From the NCBI GenBank assembly GCA_030390025.1, contig CM059431.1:105154001-105218000 (forward strand): a stretch of DNA of 64,000 bases, given 5' to 3'. The translations under genes were made by a program, and so were the position numbers. Below the pieces are notes generated by a model. That model was not told the origin of the DNA, made no database searches, and worked only from the letters and a program-made list of their open reading frames with translations. How positions within the stretch are numbered: position 1 is the first letter of the stretch; each line of letters opens with the position of its first letter. Source of the stretch: Squalus acanthias (taxonomy: Eukaryota). Positions 12,151 through 24,720 of the stretch are shown one piece after another.

Positions 12151-13747
12151 TTACGCGAAGTGTAAGAGGGCCTGTCGATTTGCCATCTCCTGTTTTGCAC
12201 GGCAAGACCAACTTCTCCCCCTGTGTTTTATCACTTCATATCCCGCGCCATCTTTCCACCTCCCTGCCAGTTCAAATACCGCTTCCAAACTGCAGGATAT
12301 TGTTCCATCGCCCTTCCGCAGTGCGGGTCTCATCATTTCTAGAACATTGCTCAATTATTCTGTTTGGCCTTCTCGCTTCTACTTTCATTAATATAATTGA
12401 TGCAACAGATGGCTTTAAAAATGGAAGATGTTTATTGCAGAATCACGCTACAAATGCAAAATGTGCTTCTGTGCCCGTTCAGAACAATGCAGAAATGGAA
12501 TGGAATGCAAATAGGTTTGTGAGATGAAGCATACACAGTAAAACCAATATTGCCTAAAGTTGTTCACGTTGCTTCCGGATGCTTCATAATTCATCAACAT
12601 TTTATATTGAATATTTCTTCCAGCGCATAAAAGACAGTAAATAATAAAACTATAACTTATACAACTGATTATATAAGGCCTTTGAAATAGCAGAACGTGG
12701 CAGATGGACAAAAGTCGATGTAATCCTCTTCAATTATTATTTTTCTCAATAGCTCAATTTAATTATCAGCTTCGAATTCAAAGGTTTTTTTTCTGTTGGC
12801 TTGTAATGTTAGTCTGATTTAGTTTGATGAATGACGTTTTTTGGAGTTAAACCCAATTATACTTTTCTTTATTCTAGGGTTTCTTAAAAGATGTGTAATA
12901 TTTTCAAACCCCAGGGCACAATTTTCTATTTGTTACAACCGCGCGAACATATTTGACACTGGAGCGAATGTTGTTTGTGCCCAGCACAAGTACAGCAGCC
13001 AAGGACAAGCAATTTCAATTAGGAAACTAGTGCCACAGCACAAGGGAGGAGAAATGTTGGACATAATAATAGAATCATATTACTCTCCAAAAAGTGAGTG
13101 AAATGCACATCCTTACTCAGGCTCTGAACAAACTTATTAACATAGAACAGATGGACGCGCTTGCTGCATGTTAAATTGTGAAGTAAATCGCCCCTACCTT
13201 GCAGAAATAGTCATGACTGATCTTAAATCCCCAAGACTTGTACCATTTCTTCACACACTGTTTCCAGCCATTAAGCATCCCTTTCAAAAAGGTTCAAGCA
13301 GATGAGAAGAACATTTTTTTTCAGGGATCAATAGGGAATATGGAGACAAGCCCTTACTAGACGAGCAGGGAATATGGATATGATTCTTCACTGGACTAAC
13401 AGGCAAGAGGGATATAACTCCTAATTCAAAGGACAGGAGAAAATAGATGCATACTAACACTTTCAAAACATGAGCAATCTGACACATTCCTATTATTCCC
13501 AGAAATTGTCAGAAAAGGGTGATGCATACTCTATCACCAGATGATCAGAAATCAGACATGCACACTGGACCACTAAGGTGTTCAAATGTTTAGGGAAATG
13601 GATTAGATTCATAATGGAACACCAGTCAATTGTTATAATTAGACAGGCCATAGATGCTACAAGACATCACCATCGTGCTCTTCCTTCTGTCACCTCTTGT
13701 TTGCCCATTGTCACACTTCCATTCAGATCTCCATGTAAACTGTCTCA

Positions 13748-13968
13748 TCATAAGAACATAACAGATAGGAGCAGAAGTAGGCCATATGGCCCCTCAGCCC
13801 TGCTCCGTCGTTCAATAGATCATGGCTGATCTACCTCAACTCCACTTTCCTGCCTTATCCCCATATCCCTTGATTCCCTTAGTGTTCAAAAATCTATCAA
13901 TCTCAGTCTTGGATATATTCAACAAATGAGCATCCACAGCCCTCTGGGGGCTAGAATTCCAAAGATTC
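13748..13968 (-). mobile_element. CR1 3' fragment
   Basis: CATAAGAACATAA tail and CR1 3' UTR hairpin region. Confidence 0.8.
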
Positions 13969-14029
13969 AACTCCGTTGTGGCTCTTCATTTGGTCTTTTC
14001 CCACCTAGGATCCATTCCATTAAATCCAA

Positions 14030-14345
14030 AAGGTGCTAAACTGCAGCCAACTTGCATAGATGTCCTGCCCATTGTAATCTTCCTCCTTCACTAAGTGTAG
14101 GCCAGTCTTTCACGTTGCTTCTTTCAGTGGAATCTGGGAGGAGAAGATGATCGGGAGGGCAGTAACTGCACACACGTACAACTATACCAGTAGACAGAAA
14201 GCACCATTGCATCTGCACAGTGTCCTTTAATGTGCTGCCTAAATTCAAAATGACCTGATTCACGTTTCAGTATGGTCAGAAGCTGCCCCGACAGCATCCA
14301 TAGAAATAGGAATGATCCAGAGTTAGGAAATTTACTAATCCAAAT
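14030..14345 (-). pseudogene. Highly degenerate Harbinger/HARBI1-like transposase relic
   Basis: Collinear remnants across frames: SGSF, NVKDWPTLS (cf. NRKG.HSLN), DYNG...DIYASW (cf. D..G.F.D..AGWPGS). Confidence 0.35.
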
Positions 14346-14387
14346 TCCGTGCATAGTATTATGTACGCCTTACCATAGTTAGGACCT

Positions 14388-14780
14388 TAGGAACAGGAGG
14401 AGGCCATTCAGTCCCTAGAGCCTGTTCCGCTATTCAATTAGATCATGGCTGATCTGTATCTTAAATCCATCTACCCGTCTTAGTTCTGTAACCATTAATA
14501 CCCTTGCCTAACAAAAATCTATTAATCTCAGTTTTGAAATTTTCAATTGACCCCCAGCTTTTTGCGGAGAGAGTTCCAGATTTCCACTACCCTTTGTGTG
14601 AAGAAGTGCTTCCTGACATCACCCCTGAATGGCCTGGCTCTAATTTTAAGGTTGTGCCCCCTTGTTCTGGACTCCCCCCCACCAGAGGAAATAGTTTCTC
14701 TCTATCTACCCTACTAAATACATTAATCATCTTAAACACCTCAATTAGATCACCCCTCAATCTTCTATATTCGAGGGATA
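14388..14780 (-). mobile_element. CR1 3' fragment
   Basis: GGAACAGGAGGAGGCCATTCAG 3' end and reverse RLRGDLIEVFK region. Confidence 0.8.
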
Positions 14781-15297
14781 CAGTAGTTCAATTTCCAGTC
14801 CTTATGGCTATTATTTGAGAGCCTCACGTTGACATTCTTCCTTCTAGCTGATCTGGCTTCGAATTCATTTTAAATCATTTGACAGTGGTTAGAAGCATTT
14901 ATTTAGCTACAAGTGGAAGAATCTGTTTGTGCAGAAGGCAACATACTTGACCTGCTGACAAAAGGTAAGGGCAGTATATTACTCTGTGGAAAAACCGCGG
15001 TTGGTTTGCTAATTGCACAGGGGGAACGCCTTCAGGGGTGTTGTGATCCCTTTCAATCATGGCAGAAGGAGGGAGAATATTACTCCCAAGAGGGTCATGA
15101 AGCTAGCAAAGCTAATGAGAAGAAGGAATGATCAGCTCCCTCAGGGATTTGGCTGATGTAGCTGCCTCTGTTAACTGTATCAGGAAGAGGAAGAATGCTA
15201 CTCCCACCAGCTAGCGCTGGGCTTAGCCGAGGCAACTGTTTCTATTTCTAATGGTCAAAAACAGGAAAGGAGGAAGAGCTCTTATTTTCTCCAGAGA

Positions 15298-16090
15298 AAG
15301 AAAGAAAGACTTGCATTTATATAGCTCCTTTCACGACCACCAGACATCCCAAAGCGCTTTACAGTCAATGAAGGACTTTTTGAAGTGTAGTCACTGCTGT
15401 AATGTAGGAAACGCGGCAGCCAATTTGTGCACAGCAAGCTCCCACAAGCAGCAATGTGGTAATGACCAGATACGGCAAGAGAGCCCCAGGTGGGCAGAGG
15501 AAATGCTTCAAGGACACCCTCAAAGCCTCCTTGAAAAAAGTGCAACATCCCCACCGACACCTGGGAATCCCTGGCCCAAGACTGCACAAAGTGGAGGCGC
15601 CGAACACCTCGAGCCTCTTCGCCGGGAACAAGCGGAAGCCAATCGCAAACAACGGAAGGAGCGCACGTCAACCCAAGCACCCCACCCACCCGCCCCTTCA
15701 ACCACCGTCTGCCCCACCTGTGACAGAGACTGTAGGTCCCGCATTGGACTCATCAGTCACCTGAGAACTCATTTTTAGTGTGGAAGCAAGTCATCCTCGG
15801 TTCCGAGGGATTGCCTAAGAAGAAGACGAATGACCAGATAATCTGTTTTAGTGATGTTGATTGAGGGATAAATATTGGCCAGGCCACCGGGGATAATTCC
15901 CCTGCGCCTATTCGAAATAGTGCCATGGGATCTTTTACATCCACCTGAGAGAGCAGACGGGGCCTGGGCTTAACGTCTCATCCGAAAGATGGCACCCCAG
16001 TGCAGTTGTGTTCAAGTCTCTGGAGTGGGACTATGAACCCACAACCTTCTTACTCAGAGGTAAAGGGTGCTACCCACTGAGCCATAGCCG
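15298..16090 (-). mobile_element. Deu-domain SINE interrupted by an RTE fragment
   Basis: Tail at 15298, Deu core ~15840-15995, head ~16030-16090. Confidence 0.85.
15473..15828 (+). mobile_element. RTE-clade LINE 3' fragment with 12-bp TSD
   Basis: GKRAPGGQRKCFKDTLK motif and C-terminal C2H2 finger CPTCDRDCRSRIGLISHLRTH; (AAG)n tail; AATGACCAGATA duplicated at 15461-15472 and 15829-15840. Confidence 0.9.
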
Positions 16091-16654
16091 AACAATTAAG
16101 TAAGACATCTTGCCTCATAGCCAACAAGCCTCAATCTCTTCCTTTTATTTATCAGTAATGCTGTACTGAGAACAGCTGTGCTATTCCCAGTAGAAGCCTT
16201 ACAAAGGAAATATGATCAAGCAACTTTAGTCATTGATAAAGAAAAACTAATTCAGTTTTTTGCTAACCATTTTGTATCAAAAAGAAAGATTTGCATTTCT
16301 ACGGCGCCTTTCACAACCACCGGACGTTCAAAGTGCTTTACAGCCAATGAAGTACTTTTTGAAGTCTAGTTACTGTTCTAATGTTGTAATCAGTGAAAAA
16401 TATATTTCCATTTTTTTTTGCATGCTGTTTTAAAATATCCATCTTGCACAATGTGTTTGAGTTGTTGCTTGCCAGTGAATTGAAATGACGACCACTGATG
16501 GTCCCACATTGACGTTTATTCAATATTGCGAAGCACTTCAAATTATTAAAATTGAAACTTTTCCTAAAATATCACGTTAGTATATGTCAGGATTCTCTAT
16601 ACATTTCATAATTTCTCTCTCTAAATATTCAGTATTGAGCTTTGCACCATAATA

Positions 16655-17838
16655 TAGGAATTCAGCCCTATGAGCCAGGTTCTACCATTCAATTAGATTA
16701 TGGCTTACCTGGATCTTAACTCCATCTACCCACCTTGGTTCCATATCCCTTAATACCCTTACGCAACAAAAATCTATCGATCTCAGTTATGAAATTTTCA
16801 ATTGACCCCCAATCTCAGCAGCCTTTTGGGGGGAGAGAGTTCCAGATTTCCACTACCCTTTGTGTGAAGAAGTGCTTCCTGACATCATCCCTGAACGGCC
16901 TGGCTCTCATTTAAAGGTTATGCCCCCTTGTTCTGGACTCCCCCCACCAGAGGAAATAGTTTGGGCTGGATTTTCAATGACCCATGGAGTTGGGTTTGGA
17001 GGCATGTGGGGGGTTAAAGTTGCAGATTCGGGGGTCCCGACCCCATTCTACCTCCACACAATTTTGACAAAATCGGTCGCGGGGTTCCTGACTCCGTCCC
17101 ACCTCCAAAAGGCGGGAGAGGCCATTAAAGCCCTTAACAAGCCCTAAATTGGCTCTGTAATGCCATTTTGAAACGTTTTAGCTAGTTTAACCCTTTTCCG
17201 ACGTGAAGTACGCCTGATGTGAAACACGCCAGTGAAACCTGGCGGAAGCACAAGTGGATAGCTGACTATCAGCTGCAGGTCCACTATTCCAACGGAGATG
17301 TGATGAAGGTAGTAGTAGTATTGTGATGAAGGTAGTAGTATTAGGTCTGAAAGTCGCCTCTGATGCTGCTGCATTGAATGTCTTCAGAGACTGCCTGGGA
17401 GGACTTGGTTGCAGAAAAAATTCTCTCTCTCTCTCTCTCTGATGCTGCTCATTTTGCATCCAGGTCCTCTCACAGCAAAGGCCAGGCAATGTCTGAGACC
17501 AGGCAGTCTCTGACCTGCAATGATGACATCATCAGAGGCGACTTTCAGACTGAAACCACTAATTGGTTCATGGGTTCCCACATGCTGGAACTCAATTGCC
17601 CAATTAAGTGAAAATTGCATCAATCTCCCACATCCAATTGCAGGCGGGTGGATAACACGAAATGCGGATGACACGACCCCAACCCGCCCCAGTATCAAAA
17701 TCCAGCCGAAATCTACCCTATCAAATCCTTTAATCATCTTAAACACCTCAATTAGATCACCCCTTAATCTTCTATTCTCAAGGGAATACAAGCCTAGTCT
17801 ATGCAGCCTGTCCTCATAATTTAACCCTTTTAGCCCTA
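16655..17838 (-). mobile_element. CR1 3' fragment split by a MITE
   Basis: CR1 sequence ...GGAAATAGTTT resumes as ATCTACCCTATCAAATCC after the MITE. Confidence 0.8.
16963..17708 (+). mobile_element. Harbinger-type MITE (family B, copy 1)
   Basis: TIRs GGGCTGGATTTT...AAAATCCAGCC; homologous over its length, in inverted orientation, to 18512-19194. Confidence 0.8.
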
Positions 17839-18511
17839 CTTTCTCAGTCTCATCCCAGAGGAGAGGAGGAGTCAGCCTATTTGTGATAAAATAGCACAAA
17901 ATAACTGAAGGAAAAAGCCAAATAAATGGATAGACATCCAGAGGGGGGAGGTGACCTTAATAGCCAATATGCGTTCCTGGCCCAGAAAGATCTGTGACAG
18001 GACCACTGAGGATAAAATCTATCCATAAGTCTTATGGAATAACTGCCATGATTTAAAATTCTGACGGATGGAAATGACCACAACAGAAAAGGAAAGTAGT
18101 GAAGGAAAAGAGCCCTGGGTACATTGCCCTCATTTATGAGGCCCCACTCTACTTTTAGAAAGCTATCACCACTATTTCAATATGAATAAGTTGGAAGCAC
18201 AGCTTGTATTCATACACATGGCAGGCCAAGAATGGTGAAGGAGGCTTTTGTCAATATTGACAGTTAAGCAAGATTATTTTGGTATCCTTGGATGTGCAAG
18301 GAATGCTAAAGGGATTATCATGAGGCTGGTGCTTTATTCGACCTCAATCAAGACAGATTCAGACACAAGCTACTAAAAGTAGTACTTTATTCAAAAATGC
18401 TTCTCTTACAGTTCCCTTCTGACTCTCCCCGACTGATGTTACTTTATTTGTAACCAGTCCCCACTGGTCTGCACCGGTACTCCCTCTATTTAAGCTCACT
18501 CCGCACTCTTA

Positions 18512-19194
18512 GGGCTGGATTTTGATACTGGGGCGGGTTGGGGTCGTGTCATCCACTTTTCGTGTTATCCACCCGACTGCAATTGGATGTGGGAGATTGA
18601 TGCAATTTTCGCCTAATTGGGCAATTGAGTTCCAGCATGTGGGAACCCATGAACCAATTAGTGTTTTCAGTCTGAAAGTCGCCTCTGATGATGTCATCGT
18701 TGCTGCTGCATTGAAGGTCTTCAGAGACTGCCTGGCCTTTGCTGTGAGAGGACCTGCAAAATGAGCAGCAGCAGCCCTAAGTCTGCTCCCAAATATGTTT
18801 ACACCACCACTCCCAGATACGTCATAGCTATCCATATATACATCATCCACATATCAGCCAGCCAGCCAGCCAGCCAGCCAACTCACTCCAAATGTGCTCC
18901 CGCCAGGTTTCACAATCGTGGTTCAGAACAGGCGTACTTCACATAGAACAAGGGTTAAAATCACAAAGGCCTTTCAAAATGGCATTATAGAGCCAATTTA
19001 GTGCTTGTTAAGGGCCTTAACAACCTATCCCACCTCTTAAAGGCGGGACGGAGTCGGGACCAGCAGACACGATTTAATGAAAATTGCGTGGAGGCAGGAT
19101 GGAGACGGGCTTGTGCCCGCCCGCCAGTTTTCGCAATTTTAACCCCCCCACATGCCTCCAAACCCGCCTCCATGGGTCAATGAAAATCCAGCCC
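18512..19194 (-). mobile_element. Harbinger-type MITE (family B, copy 2), TSD TTA
   Basis: TTA-GGGCTGGATTTT...AAAATCCAGCCC-TTA: 12-bp TIR with the 3-bp TTA duplication typical of PIF/Harbinger. Confidence 0.88.
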
Positions 19195-19199
19195 TTAGT

Positions 19200-19700
19200 G
19201 TTTCTTACTTCACACAGAACTGACTAATATTCCCATATCATAACTAAAAACTCACACCTGGCACTATTGTCTATATTTTGTGGATGTGCTCCAGGGTAAT
19301 GAACACTTAGAGAAAACCTTTCATTCCAACAAAACTACAGTGTTGAATTCGGCCCAAAGTAGTGCCTTTTTGGGCTTGTCATTCAGGGGCCCCTTTCACC
19401 CACTGATGGACAGATCTATTGTTCATGTTGGCTCCACAAAGACACATCCTGCACTCGAGTTGGCAAGCAGTCCTCATGGTGGATCCTTGTGGAAAATGGC
19501 CTAATCGTGGAGGAGCTATTTGCGAGAACTGATTCAAAGAAACTTCCTCAGCGAATGGAACCATTTTCATGGAGTGGTAGAGGAGACTCTGTCCTGGAAA
19601 TAGCTAAATGATGGCATAGCAATGAACACATGCTATGTTCTGGTGAAGCTCACGGCATTGAAGGAATGATAGACCAAACCTTGGTCAACCTCCAGATAGT
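19200..19700 (+). pseudogene. Ancient Gypsy integrase relic
   Basis: Collinear degenerate motifs VDPCGKWP (cf. VDAYSKWP), ELFART...SANGTIF (cf. LFARFG.P..VSDNG.QF), AHGIEGMIDQTL (cf. SNG.AER.VQT). Confidence 0.45.
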
Positions 19701-20204
19701 TTGAGCTCTCTGTGATTTAGCCCTATATTATTGCAATGTTACTAGTGTTGTATTTTGCTGAATGAGTGAAAAACCTGTTGCTCACATCGTTTAGAAAATA
19801 TGTAAATAATCAACTCTTTGCCCCCACCCCCACCCAATTTCTTTTTTCTCATGTAAGTAGCAACTTGTGTTGGTGAATGGATCCACGGGTGCAGGCAACC
19901 CTTTAGTATCTCACCTTTGTGGTCATTCGTCTCGAGTGACCTCAGATAGTGAGTATCAGCAGAGCACTCGACCACAGGGTAAGGTTTCAATGATCCCCAC
20001 ACACAGATTGCAAATAGCATCACAACAGGAAATACCCAACAATATTGGCAAAGGAAAATTAATCGATGAAATGACAGGTAATTTTATTGGATCACAGAAA
20101 GACAGATTCATCGAGATTGATCCATCGCTGGGTCATTGAAACAGTCTGCTCCAGTTTGTGCCAGATGTCCAGGCATACACTAGGATAGTAGAGATGCCAA
20201 TATT

Positions 20205-21460
20205 AAACGTGTTCTAATTTAATCTAATTGAATTTTTTGATGAAGTAACAAGAGAGGATTGATAAAGGGGATGCAATGGATGTTGTCTACATGGATTTTC
20301 GGAAGGCATTTGACAAAGTACCACATAGAAGACTGGTTAACGAAATTCAGGCTCATGGAACAGGTGGTTCAGTAGCAGCTTGGATAAGGAATTGGCTTAA
20401 GGACAGAAAACAGCGAGTTGTGGTAAATGGCTGTTTTTCAGACTGGAGGATGGTAGACAGTGGTGTTCCCCAAGGGTCAGTGCTTGGGCTACTGCTTTTT
20501 TTGATATTTATAAATGACCTGGATATTGGAATACAGAGTAGAATTTCTAAATTTGCCGATGACACCAAACTTGGGGGTGCGGCAAACAGTGAGGAGGATG
20601 CCAATCAACTGCAACAGGACATAGAAAGGCTAGCAGAATGGGCAGACAAGTGGCAGATGGAATTTAATACAGAGAAGTGTGAGGTGATGAAGGAACAGGG
20701 AGTGGCAATATACACATAATGGCACAGTTTTAAAGAGTGTTCAGGGACAGAGGGACCTGGGAGTTAATGTGCATAGGTCCCCGAAGGTGGCGGGACATAT
20801 TGAGAGAATGGTTAGCAAAGCATATGGGATCTTGGGCTTCATAAATAGAGGTATTGAGTATAAAAGTAGAGAAGTTATGCTGAACCTTTATAAAGCACTG
20901 GTTAGGCCACAACTGAGTATTGCGTCCAGTTCTGGTCACCACACTTTAGGAAGGATATGAAGGCCCTTGAGAGGGTGCAGAGGAGATTTACCAGAATGGT
21001 TCCGGCGATGGGGGATCTTAGCTACAAGGACAGATTGTAGCTAGATTTGTTTTAATTAGAGCAAAGGAGGTTGAGGGGTGATTTGATAGAGGTGTACAAG
21101 ATTATGACGGGTTTGGATAGGCTAGACGGGGAAAGGCTGTTCCCACTAGTTGATGGTACTTGGACTAGGGGACACAGATTTAAGGTTTTGGGCAAGAGAT
21201 ACAGGGGGGATATGAGGGAAAACTTTTTTACGCAGCGAGTGGTGAGGACCTGGAACTCGCTGCTGACGGAAGTGGTAGAAGCGGAGACACTCAATGTTTT
21301 CAAGGGGAGACTGGATAGGCACTGGAGGGAAATAAACTTGCGGGGCTACGGGGATAGAGCGTGGGAATGGGACTGACTGGATTGCTCTACAGAGAGCTGG
21401 CATGGACTTGATGGGCCGAATGGCCTCCTTCTGTGCCTTATGGCTCTATGACTATGATTA
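20205..21460 (+). mobile_element. CR1 RT-to-3' fragment
   Basis: MDVVYMDFRKAFDKVPH...GVPQGSVLG...FADDTK; TATGAC tail. Confidence 0.92.
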
Positions 21461-21502
21461 TGTGTTAAAATATTGACGTTTCATCCCTGTGAATATGATA
21501 TT

Positions 21503-21800
21503 CTAGAAACATAGGAACAGGAGGAGGCTATTCACCCCCTCAAGCCTGTTCCACCATTCAATTAGATCATGACTGATCGTTACCTTAACTCCATCTATTC
21601 GCCTTGGTTCCATATCCCTTAACACCCTTGCCCAACAAAAATCTCTCAACCTCAGCTTTGCAATTTTCAATTGACCCCTAGCCTCAACAGCTTTTTGGGG
21701 TAGAGAGTTCCAGATTTCCACCACCTTTTGTGTGAAGAAGTGCTTCCTGAATCACCTCTGAATGGCCTCGTTCTAATTTTAAGGTTATGCCCCCTTGTGT
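21503..21800 (-). mobile_element. CR1 3' fragment (resumes at ~22228 after a SINE)
   Basis: AGAAACATAGGAACAGGAG tail; GCCCCCTTG joins TGTTCTGGACTCCCC across the SINE. Confidence 0.8.
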
Positions 21801-21801
21801 C

Positions 21802-22228
21802 AGCTGTGGCTCAGTTGGTAGTACACTCACCTCTGAGTCAGAAGGTTGTGGGTTTAAGTTCCATTCCAGGGACTTGAGCACATAAATCTAGGGTGACACT
21901 CCAGTGGAGAGCTGCACTGTCGGAGGTGCCGTCTTTCAGATGACATGCTAAACCGAGGCCCTGTCTGCTCTCTCAGGTGGATGTAAAAGATCCCAGGGCA
22001 CTATTTTTCTAGGAAGAGCAGGGGAGTCATCCCCGGTGTCCTGGGGCCAATATTTATCCCTCAACCAACATCACTAAATCAGATTATCTGGTCATTATCA
22101 CATTGCTGTTTGTGGGAGCTTGCTGTGTGCAAATTGGCTGCTGCGTTTCCTACATTGGCTGTAAAGCGCTTTGGGGTGTCCGGTGGTCGTGAAAGGCGCT
22201 ATAGAAATGCAAGTCTTTCTATCTTTTT
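21802..22228 (+). mobile_element. Deu-domain tRNA SINE
   Basis: Head, Deu core and tail all present. Confidence 0.88.
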
Positions 22229-22712
22229 GTTCTGGACTCCCCCAGAAATTCTGAGCCAACAGTTCGAGGGGTTTATGTGAAGCATTGCTGTGGAACCGTA
22301 TCGGGCACAAAGAAGCCCGATTAATGCCATGAGGGAGAAGGTTCACCACAGCCAGCAACAACATAAAAATTCCAGAGCAGCAAAAGAGATCATGAACAAT
22401 CAATGGAGAAAAAAAAAGCCGAGAGCTATCAGAGGAAAACCATGGAAACCAGCAAAAAAAACAAGCATGGAGATCAACCCAAGACAAGGGAACAAAAGAC
22501 AGAGCTCAGAAACATCACCGGCAGCTGGATAGAAATTAATTTCCAATATTTATTTAAAATTAATAAAAATGTGGGACCTTGACTGCCAGGTTTTAAAGAA
22601 ACATAAGAGGACACAGCTTCAAGTTCTTTCTGATCTCATTTGAAGGATAAATGAAGGTAATACTCAGTAAAGGGTAATACTAGGGTTGGCATTATTCTTG
22701 TACAAACGTTTA

Positions 22713-23015
22713 AGAAAGAACTTGTATTTACGTAGCGCCTTTCAGGACCTCGGGATATTCCAGAGTGCTTTACAGCCAATCAAGCACTTTTGAAGTGTGG
22801 TCACTGTTGTCATGTCGAGAAACATGGCAGCCAAAGTCCCACAGATAGCAACGAGATAAGGGCCACGTAACCTAGAGGGAGAAATGTTGTCCAGGAAACC
22901 AGGGACAACTCCCCTGCTCTTCTTTGAATAGTGCCGTGGGATCTTTATCATCCACCTGAGCCGGCAGACGGCGGTTTAACGTCTCATCCGAAAGATTGCA
23001 CCTCCCACAGTGCAG
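22713..23015 (-). mobile_element. Deu-domain SINE, partial
   Basis: Tail plus Deu core, no head. Confidence 0.75.
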
Positions 23016-23031
23016 CTCTTCTTTTGACTCA

Positions 23032-23427
23032 AAACAACAACACCTACACCAACTTGTATTTGTATAGCGCCTTTAACGTAGTAAAACGTCCCAAGGTGCT
23101 TCACAGGAGTATTATAAGACCAAAAAAATGGACACCGAACCACATAAGGAGAAATTAGGGCAGGTGGCCAAAAGCTTGGTCAACGAGGTAGGTTTTAAGG
23201 AGCGTCTTAAAGGAGGAAAGAGAGGTGGAGAGACAGAGAAGTTTAGGCAGGGAATTCCAGAGCTTAGGCAACAGAAGGCACGGCTGCCAATGGTTGAGCG
23301 ATTATAATCGGGGATGCTCAAGAGGGCAGAATTAGAGGAGCGCAGATATCTCGGGGGGGTTGTGGGGCTGGAGGAGATTACAGAGATAGGGAGGGGGCGA
23401 GGCCACGGAGGGATTTGAAAACAAGGA
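23032..23427 (-). mobile_element. L2 3' fragment
   Basis: AACAAC tail followed by TTGTATTTGTATAGCGCC; near-identical to the start of 47959-48924. Confidence 0.88.
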
Positions 23428-24444
23428 CAAGCCTGCTACCACTGGACCAAGGCTGAAGCTTCAACACTTTACCTGATGTTAACATAGCTGAGAGGAATAT
23501 TGTACAAATATGTTAAGTATTTACGAGAACAATAAATTCTACCTTTAGATTAGTCAATCTGACAGTTTCAATGTCAGGAGCAAAAGTCTGGTACCCTGTT
23601 GTCTTAACTTAATCCTCCTTCACCTATTCATACAGCAAGACAGCTCAGCAAAGAGAGTCGTACTTAACCACAAAGGAAAGGTGCAAGCTTTGCATTGATT
23701 ACGAGATGCTAACAATGCATCCTGGGGTTATGGTAAGGTAGCAAGTCCCATACAACAACAACAACTTGTATTTCTACAGTGTTCTCACGTATGGAGACTC
23801 CGAGGTGCAATGGAGAAAGAATACTTGCTTCTTGTAGGTGTCTGTAGATCTATTTCAGTCATTTGGATTTATTTTTATTTCTTGTTTTTTATTTTGCAAA
23901 CAATTTGTGCTTTTCTATATTTTCTCACATTTGCTTCTTTTAGCAGGTACTTCTCAAAGTCCCATGTGCAATCTTTAGATCGACCCAGAGTATCTCTGTG
24001 ACAGCACTCATTTCACAACTTTTTTCCTCTTCGTTTTTTTTTTCTAAGAATCTGCATCTTGTAACTTTTGATGACTCCTGGTGCTTTAATTTAAATTGGG
24101 ATGAATTTTAGTCACTTGCTCTTTTCTCTCTCATTTAGCCCTTCAAGTGGTTACCTGGGTGCATCTCAGTCATGGCTAATCGCCAACTGGTGCAAAGTGG
24201 TTTCCTCCACAATGAACGCAGAGTCCTGCCTGTGTTCACGTCTCTCTGCTAACTTCAGCCATTGGGTGGGGGATTAGGGCATGTTGCAGCTTGTCAGACA
24301 CTGGTCATCATGGTGGTGCACTTATCTGCCCTAATGGCTACCAATATCCTTTAGGCTGCATATAGTGACACTACTATTCCCAGACAGAACGGAGCTAATT
24401 GGGTAATTCCCCCGTCAATCACGCCTGGAGACCGCATTGCTGTA

Positions 24445-24720
24445 TGTGACTGGGATTGATTTCACTCACATCATTTGTACTATCCTCCACTCACTGCATT
24501 TTGCTGGAGAAATAATCCAGCTTTTATTGGGAGACTTTGCTGTAGTTTCGGTCATGAGTCCTGTTTGCTGTAGTTCGTAGGGACTCTTTAAATAGACTCT
24601 GTTTGCTGTAAATTAGACTGTTTAAATAGACTCTGTTTAAATAGATTCTGTTTGCTGTAAAATAGACTCTGTAAATCGTGCCATAAGTCTCGCCCCGCCT
24701 CCAACTCATTGGCTGACACA
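24445..24720 (-). mobile_element. Possible small solo LTR with internal short tandem repeats
   Basis: Minus strand reads TGTG...CACA with CCAAT box, GGCGGGGCG box, repeated TATTTAAA and AATAAA in LTR order. TSD imperfect (GTA). Confidence 0.45.
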
